Shown here piece by piece: positions 30,421 to 43,400 of a DNA stretch of 64,000 nt. The notes below the pieces were generated by a model. That model saw only the letters and a list, made by a program, of their open reading frames with translations, made no database searches and was not told the origin of the DNA. This DNA is from a virus (Duplodnaviria > Caudoviricetes). The stretch spans positions 224,001 to 288,000 of the IMG/VR virus record IMGVR_UViG_3300007171_000004. The stretch is one strand, 5' to 3'. A program made the position numbers and the translations under genes. Within the stretch, counting starts at the first letter, position 1. The number at the start of each line of letters is the position of its first letter.

Positions 30421-30456
30421 AAAAAATTACCCCAGCTTTTTTGCCGGGGTAATTTT
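30421..30456 (-). terminator. Intrinsic terminator downstream of dnaK
   Basis: AAAATTACCCC...GGGGTAATTTT with A-run on the plus strand (U-tract on minus). Confidence 0.75.
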
Positions 30457-30470
30457 CTTTCCGATGATTT

Positions 30471-32291
<1,821 letters not shown>

Positions 32292-32462
32292 TTACCTCTC
32301 ATTTAAAATATATTGTAAATTATACAAAGTTCCGAAAAATCATGAACTTTCTTTACAGATTTTAAGCAACCTAATTATACCACATTAGGCCAAAAAAGGA
32401 AATCTGAACCGAAACTTTATAACATCATAAGTAAGAAAAAAGTTTCTAAGGATTTTTTTAAT

Positions 32463-33788
32463 ATGAGAGAAGTTTTTGCTAGTATCAATTATGTAATCAA
32501 CAAACTTGAAGAAAAGAATTTATTCAAGATTGCACAAGAAGGACATGATATCTTTGCAGCCGTTTATAGATTTGTTGGACAAGATGGCGAATTAGTAAGA
32601 CCTGATGATGATAAATCTGAGCAGTATTATGAGTCTGCAGTCCCTAGTAATATGTTTGAAAATGATCTATATAGCCCTATGGATAAAAATAAGCAAAGAA
32701 AGTGGCGTGTAAAGAGTGAAGTTCCTAGTGAATACGGAACAGCACCAGCATCTCCTGCATCTCCAAACGCAACAGAAACTCCAAGCGCAGAAACATTTAC
32801 TCCAGAAGCTCCAAGTGCAGGGCCATCAGTAGCTCCAGAAAGTGCATTGGTTACAATTACTGCACCTTCTTATAATGGTGGATCTGCAGGGACATCTTCT
32901 GAATCATCTTCTGACAATAGCGAAATCCGGGATCTCCAACATCATGAGTATTTTGATCCTCAAGAGGGAATTCCTATGATTGGAGAAAGATCCGAAGAAA
33001 GTAATTTTGGAACAAGTTCTTACGAGCCAACAAGTACTGGATTATTTGGTGAAAGCTCAAGTCCAAAAATGTTAGAAGAGCGTAGTATTTTTGATCGTGA
33101 AGAGAATGATGAAAATTATACAAACGAAGAAAAAATTGCCGAATTAGTATTTAAAAGATTGAAAGAAAAGAATTATAAAATTCTTTCAAATCCCACAGTA
33201 ATTGAAATGGCAAAAGATCCTAACTCAGGGTTAAAAGATCAATTAGCACACAATGGTTATTATTTAATTATTCCCGAAGGTGATGTAATCAATCTTGGTG
33301 TTTCAACAGATAGAAATACATATTTAAATAAAAAGAATGTCCTTCATAAAGCCAGGGGTAGATCTTCTGCATCTGCAAAAGAAGTTCTTTCTATGACCAA
33401 TACATTCATTACAAATCTTGAGAATTATGGTTTAAAGAGAGAAGCTGAAGCTATGCATGATGTATTTGTAAAAATTGCCAATGCATATGATCTTGTTAAT
33501 AGACCTGGCGTTTCTGTTCAAGCAAAGAAGTGGATTCAAGATAATGTAGCAAATATTGATGCTATGACAAATTTGCAACTTGTTAATATGATGGCAAATC
33601 TTCCATTAAATGTGCAAACAGAACTTAAGCAGATTATCACTAATTATAAGAATACACAAGGTTATAAGCAAAACAAGCCTATGGGATATCAACAACCTAA
33701 TCAGCAAATGTATCAACAGGGATATCAACAAGGTTATCAACAACAGAACATGTATCAAAATCAAGGCGGTATGGTTAGACCGCAATAA
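32463..33788 (+). CDS. Largely disordered protein with two leader-like helices and a Q/Y/G-rich tail
   Basis: VFASINYVINKLEEKNLFKIAQE and ITNLENYGLKREAEAMHDVFVKIA; P/S/E/T-rich middle; YQQG repeats. Confidence 0.8.
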   Translation: MREVFASINYVINKLEEKNLFKIAQEGHDIFAAVYRFVGQDGELVRPDDDKSEQYYESAVPSNMFENDLYSPMDKNKQRKWRVKSEVPSEYGTAPASPASPNATETPSAETFTPEAPSAGPSVAPESALVTITAPSYNGGSAGTSSESSSDNSEIRDLQHHEYFDPQEGIPMIGERSEESNFGTSSYEPTSTGLFGESSSPKMLEERSIFDREENDENYTNEEKIAELVFKRLKEKNYKILSNPTVIEMAKDPNSGLKDQLAHNGYYLIIPEGDVINLGVSTDRNTYLNKKNVLHKARGRSSASAKEVLSMTNTFITNLENYGLKREAEAMHDVFVKIANAYDLVNRPGVSVQAKKWIQDNVANIDAMTNLQLVNMMANLPLNVQTELKQIITNYKNTQGYKQNKPMGYQQPNQQMYQQGYQQGYQQQNMYQNQGGMVRPQ

Positions 33789-33789
33789 C

Positions 33790-33820
33790 AAAAAAGGGGA
33801 GATTCATTCTCCCCTTTTTT
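33790..33820. terminator. Bidirectional intrinsic terminator
   Basis: AAAAAAGGGGAGA-TTCAT-TCTCCCCTTTTTT between convergent genes. Confidence 0.8.
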
Positions 33821-35147
33821 ATAATCCATAACGGGATTTTGTTAAGTTGTAATAAGCTAGAATTTCTGATGATGATAAAGCTCGGTTATAAATTCTTAAT
33901 TGCGATATGTTTCCTGCAAAAGTTTCTGAAATGTAACTATTACCGCCAACAAAAACATTATTTGTTGTGACTGGATTCGAATTTAAACTTGAAAGATTTT
34001 CAGTTGTAGAAGAATTATTTAGACTAAATGTTATTACTGGATTTGAAATTGTACCAGATACACTTATAGCTGCAAAATTCCATGTATTATTTGTTATAGA
34101 ACCCAAATTTTTATTTTGATAACTTCCAGCAGATAAACTAGTATAATAAGTTACTATATTATTATCAACTCTAAATAGAGAAATCAAATATCCTCCACCA
34201 GTACTAGAATAATTTGCATATAGTGTTGAATATTGTTTTGTTGAAGTTTGATAAAACCAACAAATTATAGTAACATTTATTTGAAGAGTTCTTAAATATG
34301 TATTGTTACCTAGACTTATATAATCATTTGTTCCATCAAAAACCCATGTTCCGCCGTTGCTTGAACTAAAAGATACACCGTTTGTTAAAGCTCCATTATT
34401 ATTATAAATTGAAAGATCATTTGCTAAAGTCGAAGAGGGCTCACTAAAACTATAAGGATTACCAGCATCTAGAACTAGTACAGCAGAATCGTTAGAGAAT
34501 GGGTAGCTATAAGTTACTTGTTTAAAATGAAGAAGATTTGTGGAAGATATAAATTTCTCTACAACGCCAACAATTAAAATTTCTTGAGCAATGGAATTAA
34601 CATTAACTTTAACCAATTTTCCAGCATTGACACCAGAACCGAAAGTGAGTAAATCTCCAGAATTAAAATCTATTTGTGTAGTGTAATCTAAACCATAATC
34701 ACCATGCAAAACTCTAACAAACTGATCTGTAATGAAAATATTGTTAGGTTGATTATAAACAGCCAATCCTCTACGTGAAATAACCATGTTTTCTGATGGA
34801 TTATAGGGCTTATTCAAAGATTCATTAAGATTATCATTCAAAGCTCTTTTTGTTGTTAAAACTTCATTATTTTCAGTGCGTATAAAACTGTAAGAGCTAT
34901 CAATATAACTTGAACCAATAACATCTGGAACTATTATTGTGTTTGCAGCAGAAGAATGATCAGATGTAGCAAAACCTAAGAACTTTCCAATTTTTTGAGA
35001 TAATGTTTTTTGGAATATTAAAGAATTATCAGCTTTAACCACTCTTCCATTATCATCTCTCATAAGTGCCATTCCAGCTTTAAAATCAACATCAACAAAG
35101 ATATCAACATTTTCTACTGCATTTGAAGTTACTGTAAAGATTGCCAT
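33819..35147 (-). CDS. LamG/concanavalin A-like lectin-domain virion protein, paralog 5
   Basis: Conserved ~210-aa N-domain plus LDAGNP...FDGTNDY...WNFAAIS...F.GNISQLRIYNRALS. Confidence 0.85.
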   Translation of the reverse strand: MAIFTVTSNAVENVDIFVDVDFKAGMALMRDDNGRVVKADNSLIFQKTLSQKIGKFLGFATSDHSSAANTIIVPDVIGSSYIDSSYSFIRTENNEVLTTKRALNDNLNESLNKPYNPSENMVISRRGLAVYNQPNNIFITDQFVRVLHGDYGLDYTTQIDFNSGDLLTFGSGVNAGKLVKVNVNSIAQEILIVGVVEKFISSTNLLHFKQVTYSYPFSNDSAVLVLDAGNPYSFSEPSSTLANDLSIYNNNGALTNGVSFSSSNGGTWVFDGTNDYISLGNNTYLRTLQINVTIICWFYQTSTKQYSTLYANYSSTGGGYLISLFRVDNNIVTYYTSLSAGSYQNKNLGSITNNTWNFAAISVSGTISNPVITFSLNNSSTTENLSSLNSNPVTTNNVFVGGNSYISETFAGNISQLRIYNRALSSSEILAYYNLTKSRYGL

Positions 35148-36445
35148 TATAAACCATACCTAGATTTTGTTAAGTTGTAATATGCCGAAATTTGATCGAG
35201 TGTAAGAGCCGTAAAGTAAATTCTCATTTCAGATAAATACATTCGAGCGTAAGAATGCGGGCTTGTTTTAACACTTCTAGCACCAATTCCAAGATCTTCA
35301 TTGTTTGAACCCATATCCCCAGTAGTTGCAACTATATTTGTCAAAGAGTTATTTATATAAGCCTTTTGATTTGTTTTATCATATGTTACAGTAATTAGTT
35401 TCCAAGCTGAAGAATCCATAGGCGCAATACTTCTCCATTGCCAAGCTGGAAGATAAGCATAATCGAATGAATTACTATAATATCCAGTTTCATATATATT
35501 TTCTTTATTTAGGATAATATTTCCACCTAAAGAATCAGTAGGAAATCCATCAATTTTCACCCATGTCATTGTAGTAAGTTGTCTTGTTCCTGGATTTAAG
35601 CTTGGGCTGTCTAAGACTCTTATGTAATCATTTGTTCCATCAAAATAAAAAGAACCGCCTCCAAAACTACTATAAGATACTCCATTATATAAAACTCCAT
35701 TGTTATTATTTGGGGTTAAATCATATACAGTGTTTCCAGAAATGTATGAATAAGGATTTGCAGCATCTATGGCAAATTGTAAGTTATTAGATTGAAATGT
35801 TACTAAATATGGGGCCTGTCTAAAATGAAGAAGATTAGAAGTTGAGATAAATTTTTCTACAATGCCAACAATTAAAACATCTGGGCCAATAGAATTCACA
35901 TTTATCTTTACAAGTTTTCCAGCATTTATTCCAGATCCAAAAGTTAGCAAATCTCCAGCATTAAAATCTATTTGTGCTGTTGAGTCTACTCCAAAATCTC
36001 CATGTAATACTCTTGAAAATTGATCCGTTATGAAGATGTTGTTTGGTTGATTGTATACTGCTAATCCTCTTCTAGATGTTGTTAATGTTTCTGAAGGATT
36101 ATAGATTTTGATGTTAGTTTCATCTTGGTTATCATTTAAGGCTCTTTTTGCTAATATTACTTCATTATTTTCAGTTCTAATATAATTGTAAGAATTGTCA
36201 ATATAACTAGATCCAATTATATCTGGAACAATGATTGTATTTGAAGCTGAGGAATGATCACTGGAAGCAAAACCCAAGAACTTGCCGATTTTTTGTTCAT
36301 TTGTTTTATAGAGTAGTAAACTATTATCAGCAGGAACAGCTCTACCGTTATCATCTCTCATTAACGCCATACCAGACTTGAAAGATGATGAATAGAATAT
36401 ATCTACATTTAATACTTCGTTAGATGTTACGGTGAAAATAGCCAT
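35147..36445 (-). CDS. LamG lectin-domain virion protein, paralog 4
   Basis: Same N-domain; IDAANP...FDGTNDY...WKLITVTYD...MRIYFTALT. Confidence 0.85.
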   Translation of the reverse strand: MAIFTVTSNEVLNVDIFYSSSFKSGMALMRDDNGRAVPADNSLLLYKTNEQKIGKFLGFASSDHSSASNTIIVPDIIGSSYIDNSYNYIRTENNEVILAKRALNDNQDETNIKIYNPSETLTTSRRGLAVYNQPNNIFITDQFSRVLHGDFGVDSTAQIDFNAGDLLTFGSGINAGKLVKINVNSIGPDVLIVGIVEKFISTSNLLHFRQAPYLVTFQSNNLQFAIDAANPYSYISGNTVYDLTPNNNNGVLYNGVSYSSFGGGSFYFDGTNDYIRVLDSPSLNPGTRQLTTMTWVKIDGFPTDSLGGNIILNKENIYETGYYSNSFDYAYLPAWQWRSIAPMDSSAWKLITVTYDKTNQKAYINNSLTNIVATTGDMGSNNEDLGIGARSVKTSPHSYARMYLSEMRIYFTALTLDQISAYYNLTKSRYGL

Positions 36446-37734
36446 TATAAACCATATCGGGATTTGTTAAGGTTGTATTGATTTAAAACTTCTTGAGATG
36501 ATAATACTTTAGTATAAATTTTTAAGTATCCAAAAGAAGATCTTGTTCTTTCATTATTAAATTGATTCGTAGCAGATGCTAAAGCGAACGCTGTCAGTGT
36601 ATTATTTACTAATGATGAAGAATAAATGGAGACTCCATTTACAAAAATTTGATGTGCTGCAGCATTTTTTACCAATGTAATATGCGTATATTGTCCCAAT
36701 AATAAAGTGTATGATGTATTGATCCAACCTGATCCTTGCACATATAAATGTATATTATTTAAAGGATAAACTCCACCTGTCCCAAGAGCTATGATTGCTG
36801 AATTTCCGTCTCCATCAAATATCCTGTTAAGTGCTAGTTGCCCAGTAAGTTGATATACATTTACAAACATTTCTAAAGTATAATTAGAAATAGAAAATCC
36901 AGAAGAAGAACTAGAGTCATCAGCACCATCAAAAACAATTTCACCATTATAAGCGCTTGTATATGAGACTCCATTCAAAAGAGTCATATTGTAGTTATTT
37001 GAAGCTAAATTATACCAAGTACTCCCTGTTTTTGGATATGATAAGAGATTAGCAGCATCATAGTTTAATAAAGTAAAATTTCCAAAGCTTAAGCTAAAAC
37101 TTACTTGTCTAAAATGTAATAGATTTGTTGATGATACATATTTTTCAACAATACCCACAATCAATAATTCAGGGCCAAAAGAATTAACATTTACCTTAAC
37201 AAGTTTCCCGGCATTAACTCCACCACCAAAAGTAAGTAAATCACCAGGGTTTAATGCAACAGTGTCTAATCCATCAAGGCCATAATCTCCATGTAAAACA
37301 GGCTTAAATTGATCTGTTATGAAGATATTATTAGGTTGGTTATATACTGCAAGGCCACGTCTCGAAATTATATTTTTATCAGATGGATTATATAAATTTG
37401 GAATTCCCTCATTTAAATTATCAACTAGCCCTCTCTTAGAAATTACAACCTCATTATTTTCAGTTCTTATGTAGTTGTAAGAATTATCAATATAACTTGA
37501 TCCAATGACATCTGGAATAATTATAGTGTTTGAATAAGCTGAATGATCGCTTGTTGCAAAACCTAAGAATTTACCAACTTTTTGTTCGAGAGTTTTAAAT
37601 ACTAACAATTGACTATCTGCTGGAACTCCTCTACCATTATCATCCCTCATTAAAGCCATACCAGCCTTAAATGATGTAGAAATCATGATGTCTACATTTT
37701 CAACAGCATTAGAAGTTACAGTAAATATAGCCAT
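36445..37734 (-). CDS. LamG lectin-domain virion protein, paralog 3
   Basis: Same N-domain; YDAAN..SYP..GSTWYNL...FDGADD...YTHITLV...LKIYTKVLS. Confidence 0.85.
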   Translation of the reverse strand: MAIFTVTSNAVENVDIMISTSFKAGMALMRDDNGRGVPADSQLLVFKTLEQKVGKFLGFATSDHSAYSNTIIIPDVIGSSYIDNSYNYIRTENNEVVISKRGLVDNLNEGIPNLYNPSDKNIISRRGLAVYNQPNNIFITDQFKPVLHGDYGLDGLDTVALNPGDLLTFGGGVNAGKLVKVNVNSFGPELLIVGIVEKYVSSTNLLHFRQVSFSLSFGNFTLLNYDAANLLSYPKTGSTWYNLASNNYNMTLLNGVSYTSAYNGEIVFDGADDSSSSSGFSISNYTLEMFVNVYQLTGQLALNRIFDGDGNSAIIALGTGGVYPLNNIHLYVQGSGWINTSYTLLLGQYTHITLVKNAAAHQIFVNGVSIYSSSLVNNTLTAFALASATNQFNNERTRSSFGYLKIYTKVLSSQEVLNQYNLNKSRYGL

Positions 37735-39044
37735 TAAGATACAAGCCTTGGATAAATAGCATTATGATTTCTTTGAGCTTGTTCTGCTGTAAATCCAGTG
37801 TTATAGAATCTTACTGCAGCGATTTTTCCAGCTGTTTGCCAAGATGCCCATACAGTAATTTGAATTTCATGAGTATTTGTATAGTTATTTGGGTTATATA
37901 TAGAATCATCAAAAATACCATTAATATAAGATGTCATTACGCCAGCAGTTCTTGTAAATATGATAGAATACCAAGTGTTAATATATACAGGTCTTTTTCC
38001 TCTTAAGAAAATTCCACTTGGTGTTGTCAGTGGGTTCCAGAAAATCGGATTACCTGCGAACCATGATCCAATTACCCAAGAGTTTCCAGAAGGTACGCCA
38101 CCAGTATTTGCCTTAGCTAAAATACCAGTAAGAAAACCCTCTAATGCATAAAAAACAATTTCAACTGTAAAATCTCCTGAAAAATCCATAATTGCATTGT
38201 GTGGAATTGTCAAACGGTCATCAATTGTATCAAGAACAATTACTCCCCCGTTTTCAGCCGACCAAAAAGCTCCATTATTCATAGAACCATTTAAGTTATT
38301 TCCACTCAAGTCATACCAAGTTGTGCCAGTTCCAGGATAAGATACTGGACTGGAAGCATCTAAATTCAAATAAAGCCCTGTTGTAGCAATCGAAACTGTA
38401 TTACTATAAGTTTCTAAAATATGCCTAAAATAAAGAACTTTTGAGGCAGAATCATGCTTTTCTACAGAGCCTATAATAATTACTGAAGGACCATTGCCAG
38501 ATAAATCAGCTTTTACTAATTTACCAGCATTAACACCAGCTCCAAATGTTAAAAGATCTCCTGGAGAAAGAATTACATCTACATTTGAATCTTCTGCAAC
38601 AGCCATGGCTAATTTTGTTGCAAATTGGTCTGTGATATAAATTTCTCCTTGGAGATTATATACGCCAGTACCCCTTATGGTTTCTGGATTGTTATTGGAT
38701 ATTTGATAAAAATTATTTACATTCTCATCTCTGTAATCTAAAATAGATCTTTTAGGAGCAGCATAAGGAGCATTTGTATTATCGTAAAATGCTGAATCAA
38801 TATTGTAATTACTGCCTACTGGATCGTTATTAATAATTGTGCTAGTAGTTGAGTGATCATTAGAAGAAAATCCAATAAATTTGCTTCTTTGTTCTGCTAA
38901 GCTATCAAAACTGAAAGAAGCTCTATCAGCTAAAACAGCTCGTCCATTATTATCAAACATAAGAGCAGAACCAGCTTTAAAGTCAGTTGAAATTGACACT
39001 GGAATATTTACTACGTACTTATTGAAAAGAGGAAAGATTGCCAT
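37734..39044 (-). CDS. LamG lectin-domain virion protein, paralog 2
   Basis: MAIFPL subtype N-domain; LDASSP.SYPGTGTTWYDLSGN...WYSIIFTR...VRFYN. Confidence 0.85.
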   Translation of the reverse strand: MAIFPLFNKYVVNIPVSISTDFKAGSALMFDNNGRAVLADRASFSFDSLAEQRSKFIGFSSNDHSTTSTIINNDPVGSNYNIDSAFYDNTNAPYAAPKRSILDYRDENVNNFYQISNNNPETIRGTGVYNLQGEIYITDQFATKLAMAVAEDSNVDVILSPGDLLTFGAGVNAGKLVKADLSGNGPSVIIIGSVEKHDSASKVLYFRHILETYSNTVSIATTGLYLNLDASSPVSYPGTGTTWYDLSGNNLNGSMNNGAFWSAENGGVIVLDTIDDRLTIPHNAIMDFSGDFTVEIVFYALEGFLTGILAKANTGGVPSGNSWVIGSWFAGNPIFWNPLTTPSGIFLRGKRPVYINTWYSIIFTRTAGVMTSYINGIFDDSIYNPNNYTNTHEIQITVWASWQTAGKIAAVRFYNTGFTAEQAQRNHNAIYPRLVS

Positions 39045-40342
39045 TAAATTAATTTACCCATACTTGCATTATAATTTTGTCTTACTTGTTCTGCTGTCAT
39101 ACCTTGGGAATATAAGCGTACAAATGGAGTTTTCAATTTTGACCATAAACCATAAGAGTCCCAAGATCCAATAACAAAACCAGTGGAAGTATTTAAGCTT
39201 AAACTGTTATTAAAAGAAAATCTCAAAGTACCATTATAATAACAATTGATAACACCACTATTACGAGTTACAATTACATGGTTATACTTAGTAAAAGAAT
39301 TTTCTCCACCCCATTGATCTAAAGCTGGGGGATACCAAGATCCACTATATCTGATTAAAAACCACATAGAATTGCCACCAGTTGCAGACAATACCCAGTT
39401 AGCCTCTGCGTCTGAACTTCTTCTATGTAACCAACCTCCGCCTCCAACTTGTTTAATCAATGCTCCTTCAATGGTAAAATCTCCAGGAAAATCTAATAGT
39501 GAATTATCTGCTACAAGGGCTTGGTCATTAGTCCCGTCAAATGTCATTACACCACCATTTTCGCTTGACCAAAGTACACCATTCTGGAGTTCAGCATTCA
39601 ATCCATTACCACTCAAATCATACCAAGTAGTTCCTGACCCTGAATATGATGTAGGATTGCTTGCGTCTAAATGAACTGTGATACCTGTTGTAAATAACGA
39701 CACTGTATTATTGTAACTTTCTAATACATGTCTAAAATACAATAAATTACTGGCTGCATCAAACTTCTCAACTACTCCAATAATCAATACAGAAGGACTA
39801 ATAGCTGAAGTATCTGCCTTTACTAATTTTCCAGCATTGATTCCAGCTCCATAAGTAAGTAAATCACCAACATTAAAATCTACTTGAGCTGTACCATCAG
39901 AATCAATAAATAAACTTGCAACTCTTGAAAATTGGTCTGTAATATAAATTTCGCCTTGAAGATTGTAAATTCCAATGCCTCTTTTAGAATATTCGGAAAA
40001 TAATACTCCAGAAACTGATTCGTCTCTAAATTCATAAATAGATCTTTTACTTGCAGAATAATGAGAATTAACATTATCTACAAATTTATTATCAGATGAA
40101 ATATAATTACTGCCTACAGGATCAGACATTAAAATAGAAGATAAATTAGTGTGATCTCCTGAAGCAAAACCTAGAAATTTACCAGATCCTTCAACGATTG
40201 AATTATAACTAATATTACTTCTGTCCGCTTTAACAGCATTACCATTTGAATCAATAACAAGCGCCATACCAGAAGTAAAGCTCTCATTAGCAATTACTGG
40301 GAAATTTACTGCATGTTTATTATATAGAGGAAAAATTGCCAT
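39044..40342 (-). CDS. LamG lectin-domain virion protein, paralog 1
   Basis: MAIFPL subtype N-domain; LDASNP.SYSGSGTTWYDLSGN...FDGTND...NHVIVTR...VRLY. Confidence 0.85.
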   Translation of the reverse strand: MAIFPLYNKHAVNFPVIANESFTSGMALVIDSNGNAVKADRSNISYNSIVEGSGKFLGFASGDHTNLSSILMSDPVGSNYISSDNKFVDNVNSHYSASKRSIYEFRDESVSGVLFSEYSKRGIGIYNLQGEIYITDQFSRVASLFIDSDGTAQVDFNVGDLLTYGAGINAGKLVKADTSAISPSVLIIGVVEKFDAASNLLYFRHVLESYNNTVSLFTTGITVHLDASNPTSYSGSGTTWYDLSGNGLNAELQNGVLWSSENGGVMTFDGTNDQALVADNSLLDFPGDFTIEGALIKQVGGGGWLHRRSSDAEANWVLSATGGNSMWFLIRYSGSWYPPALDQWGGENSFTKYNHVIVTRNSGVINCYYNGTLRFSFNNSLSLNTSTGFVIGSWDSYGLWSKLKTPFVRLYSQGMTAEQVRQNYNASMGKLI

Positions 40343-40439
40343 AGTTATATATTTTGTCCAAAGCCCGGTGAAATCCTAGTAGGGCTAAACATAAAAGAGC
40401 TTGTAAAATATATTTAGATTATAAAGAGGAAAGTAAATT

Positions 40440-43400
40440 TTGAAAAGATTATCACAAGAAGAAGAAATTCAAGTGCCACCACAAGAAGTTCAAATTACTC
40501 CAGAAGAAAGAGAAGCCTGGTTTCAAAATTCTATACCTCTATTAGAAAAGTATCAAGTTCCACAAGAATATTATCCATATTATAGACAACTAGCTAATAT
40601 TTCAGCATCAGAAAGACTTTATACGATTGCTGTTAATAATTGGGGTAAATATATTGATCAAATCAAAAATGGTTTAGATACTCCAGAAGATTATCAAGCA
40701 ATACAAATATTAAGAAAAAATCCAGGATTCAATAATTTTCCCCAAGAGAGAATTAAAGATTACATTAGATTTCTTCAAAATTATCCAGATCTATATGAAA
40801 AATATAACTGGTCTTTTTATCAGTCAATCATGGAGAATCCAAATTTTTTCCAAGATGACAATAAACAGCTATTACTTAGTAGGTTCTTTTACTTTGGTTC
40901 ATCTCATCCTAAAAAACAAATTGATGATGCAATAAATTTTATCGAAAGAATATCTGCATACCCAGAGATATTTAATTATCTTGTAGATGAATCAAATGAA
41001 AAATATGAAATTACAAAAACTTATTTAGATTTTTGTAATAAGTATCCAGATCAAGTAGATTTTTTCGCACAAGGTCTTAGAAGATTTAAGTTTATAAACT
41101 CTTTTTATAATTTTATTAACCAATTTGCTGAAAATAATTCAATTAATTTCAAAGAAGCAAGAGAAGCTTTTGAATTAATTGATAATGAAACTTCAAAACT
41201 AACCGCATATAATATTAAAAAGGTAAAAGAAAATCTTAAAACTCCTGAAGATATAGAAACTTTTAATAAAGTTACTAGAAGATTTTTTGACGGCACTTTA
41301 GCTACCCCATATGAACGTGACTTGAGAGAATCTAGCAGTAAAGAAGAGTATGGCTTTTTTAGTAATGTAGATCAACATAGAGAAATTGATTCATTAATTT
41401 TTCTTGCTAAAACCACAATTGGTAAAGGAGCTGCAAATCTGCCCGATGGTAAACTATATATTTATTTAGGCGGAATGTACAAAGATGCTTTAAATCAATT
41501 AATTAAAGTTTATTATTTCTATAAAAATAATGGAAATCTGTCAGATGAAGAAATAATTGAAAAATGCAATGATTTAAAATTATTTGATGAATCAGGTGCA
41601 TCTAATATTAGCATACAAAAAGTTTTATCTAATAATCAAGATTATCAAAATATTGTACTTCAAAAATCAGGATTATCACACTTAAAAAACGACGGCAACT
41701 TGGATTTTTTGAAAGATTTTTATTATATATTTACTTATTTAAATCAAGATACTATTCAAAAAATTCTTCAAGAAATCTCTCATAAATTAAATATAACTCT
41801 AACTAGTGATAATGTCGAACTTATCAAAAGCCAGTTTAATTTAATTCAACCAAGAATCATATCGCTTTTGCAAGCAAAAGATACATTATCAAGAACATTT
41901 ATTCCAAATAGCTTCATCAAAGATTTTCTGAATTTCTTTTTTAACAAATATCCATATCATTATAGTAATATTCTTAAAAGTTTAATTGATAATATTCAAC
42001 AAATTCCTACTGAAAAATTTTCACCACGTTATTTTGATGAATTAGTTATTAAATATATCAAATCAGATCTTAAATATTCAAGATTTGACGACTTTGAAGG
42101 TGATATATTAGATTATGTTTCTTTATATGAAACAGGAAATACTTACTTAAATAAACTTGATTTATCTGATGAGCAAATTGAAAAAATCAAGCAATTATAT
42201 GATCAATATTCTAAAGAATTTAGATTTCCAAAATCAACTCTTATCAATTTAGCAATATTAGAAGTTACACAAGGAGTTGAATTATCAGGTGAGTTTGCAA
42301 AAAATTTTAAAAACCATGATTTGCTTGATAAAATTTCTGACACAATATTTGAATCAAAAAATAAAAATCCTAAAGATATAGAATTTATCTTAAATAAATT
42401 TTCAAATTTAGTTACACCATATTTTCTTGTAGCAATTGCAAATTCTTTAAAATATAAGACACAAAGATTTATTGAACAAATAAAATCATTACCTCTTGAA
42501 ATTATGTTATGTTTGATTTTGGATGGGGATGATGTTGAGCTTTTTGAACTAGATGATTCAGAAGCTAGAGATTATATAAACAAATTTGATAGACAATATA
42601 GAAATTTACATAAAAATACAAGAGAATATTTTGTAGTTTTATGTTTCACAATTACATATAAAAATTTATTTGGAATGCCATCAAATTTAATGATTTCTGG
42701 AATAAATAATGATATTGATAAAGATGGAAGTTATGAAGTCATTGAACAAAGTACAGATGCTTATTCATTTTTATTATTAATTTTTGGAAAAAACATTACC
42801 AATTGGCTTAGAAAATTTAATGATCCACATGATGCTGTTCAAGGTTTTAATATAGATTTTAATTGGCCAAGAAGTGAAAAAGCATTTGGTGATTATTTAT
42901 TGAAAGCGACTTTGGGATATAAAAATCTTTCTACTTTTCCAACTCAAAAAATTAAAATGATCCAAAATTATTGGCTCGAATTGACTGAAGAAGAAAAACA
43001 ACTTCCATTTGCTCAATTATATAGCGTTTGTGATGTCAAAAATTTCAAAAAAATTCATAGTGAATATGATGTAAAAAGTGATAAATTCGCTTCTGAGTAT
43101 CAATCAGCAGCCATGAAATCTGGTTTTGAACCACTTCAAGAACATTATTTAAATTCTTTGAATGTACCGCTTCCAAGTTGGTCTAATGTCGTAATTAGTA
43201 AAGGTGGATATACAGGAAGATTTTTGCCAAGAAGTGACGCAAGAGGTATTTTTTTAGGCAAGCACACAGATTGCTGTCAATCCCCTGGCGATGCAGGAGA
43301 AGGAGCAGCTCTTTATGGGCAAATTGAACCTACTTCTGCTTTCTTTGTTGTTGAAAATAAAAAAGGTCAGATTATAGCTCAATCTTGGGTTTGGGAAGAT

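Noticed and set aside
33819-40342. LamG paralog array as a diversity-generating retroelement target
   Set aside because: No reverse transcriptase in the window and no template/variable repeat pair differing only at adenines was seen. The C-domains are deeply diverged.
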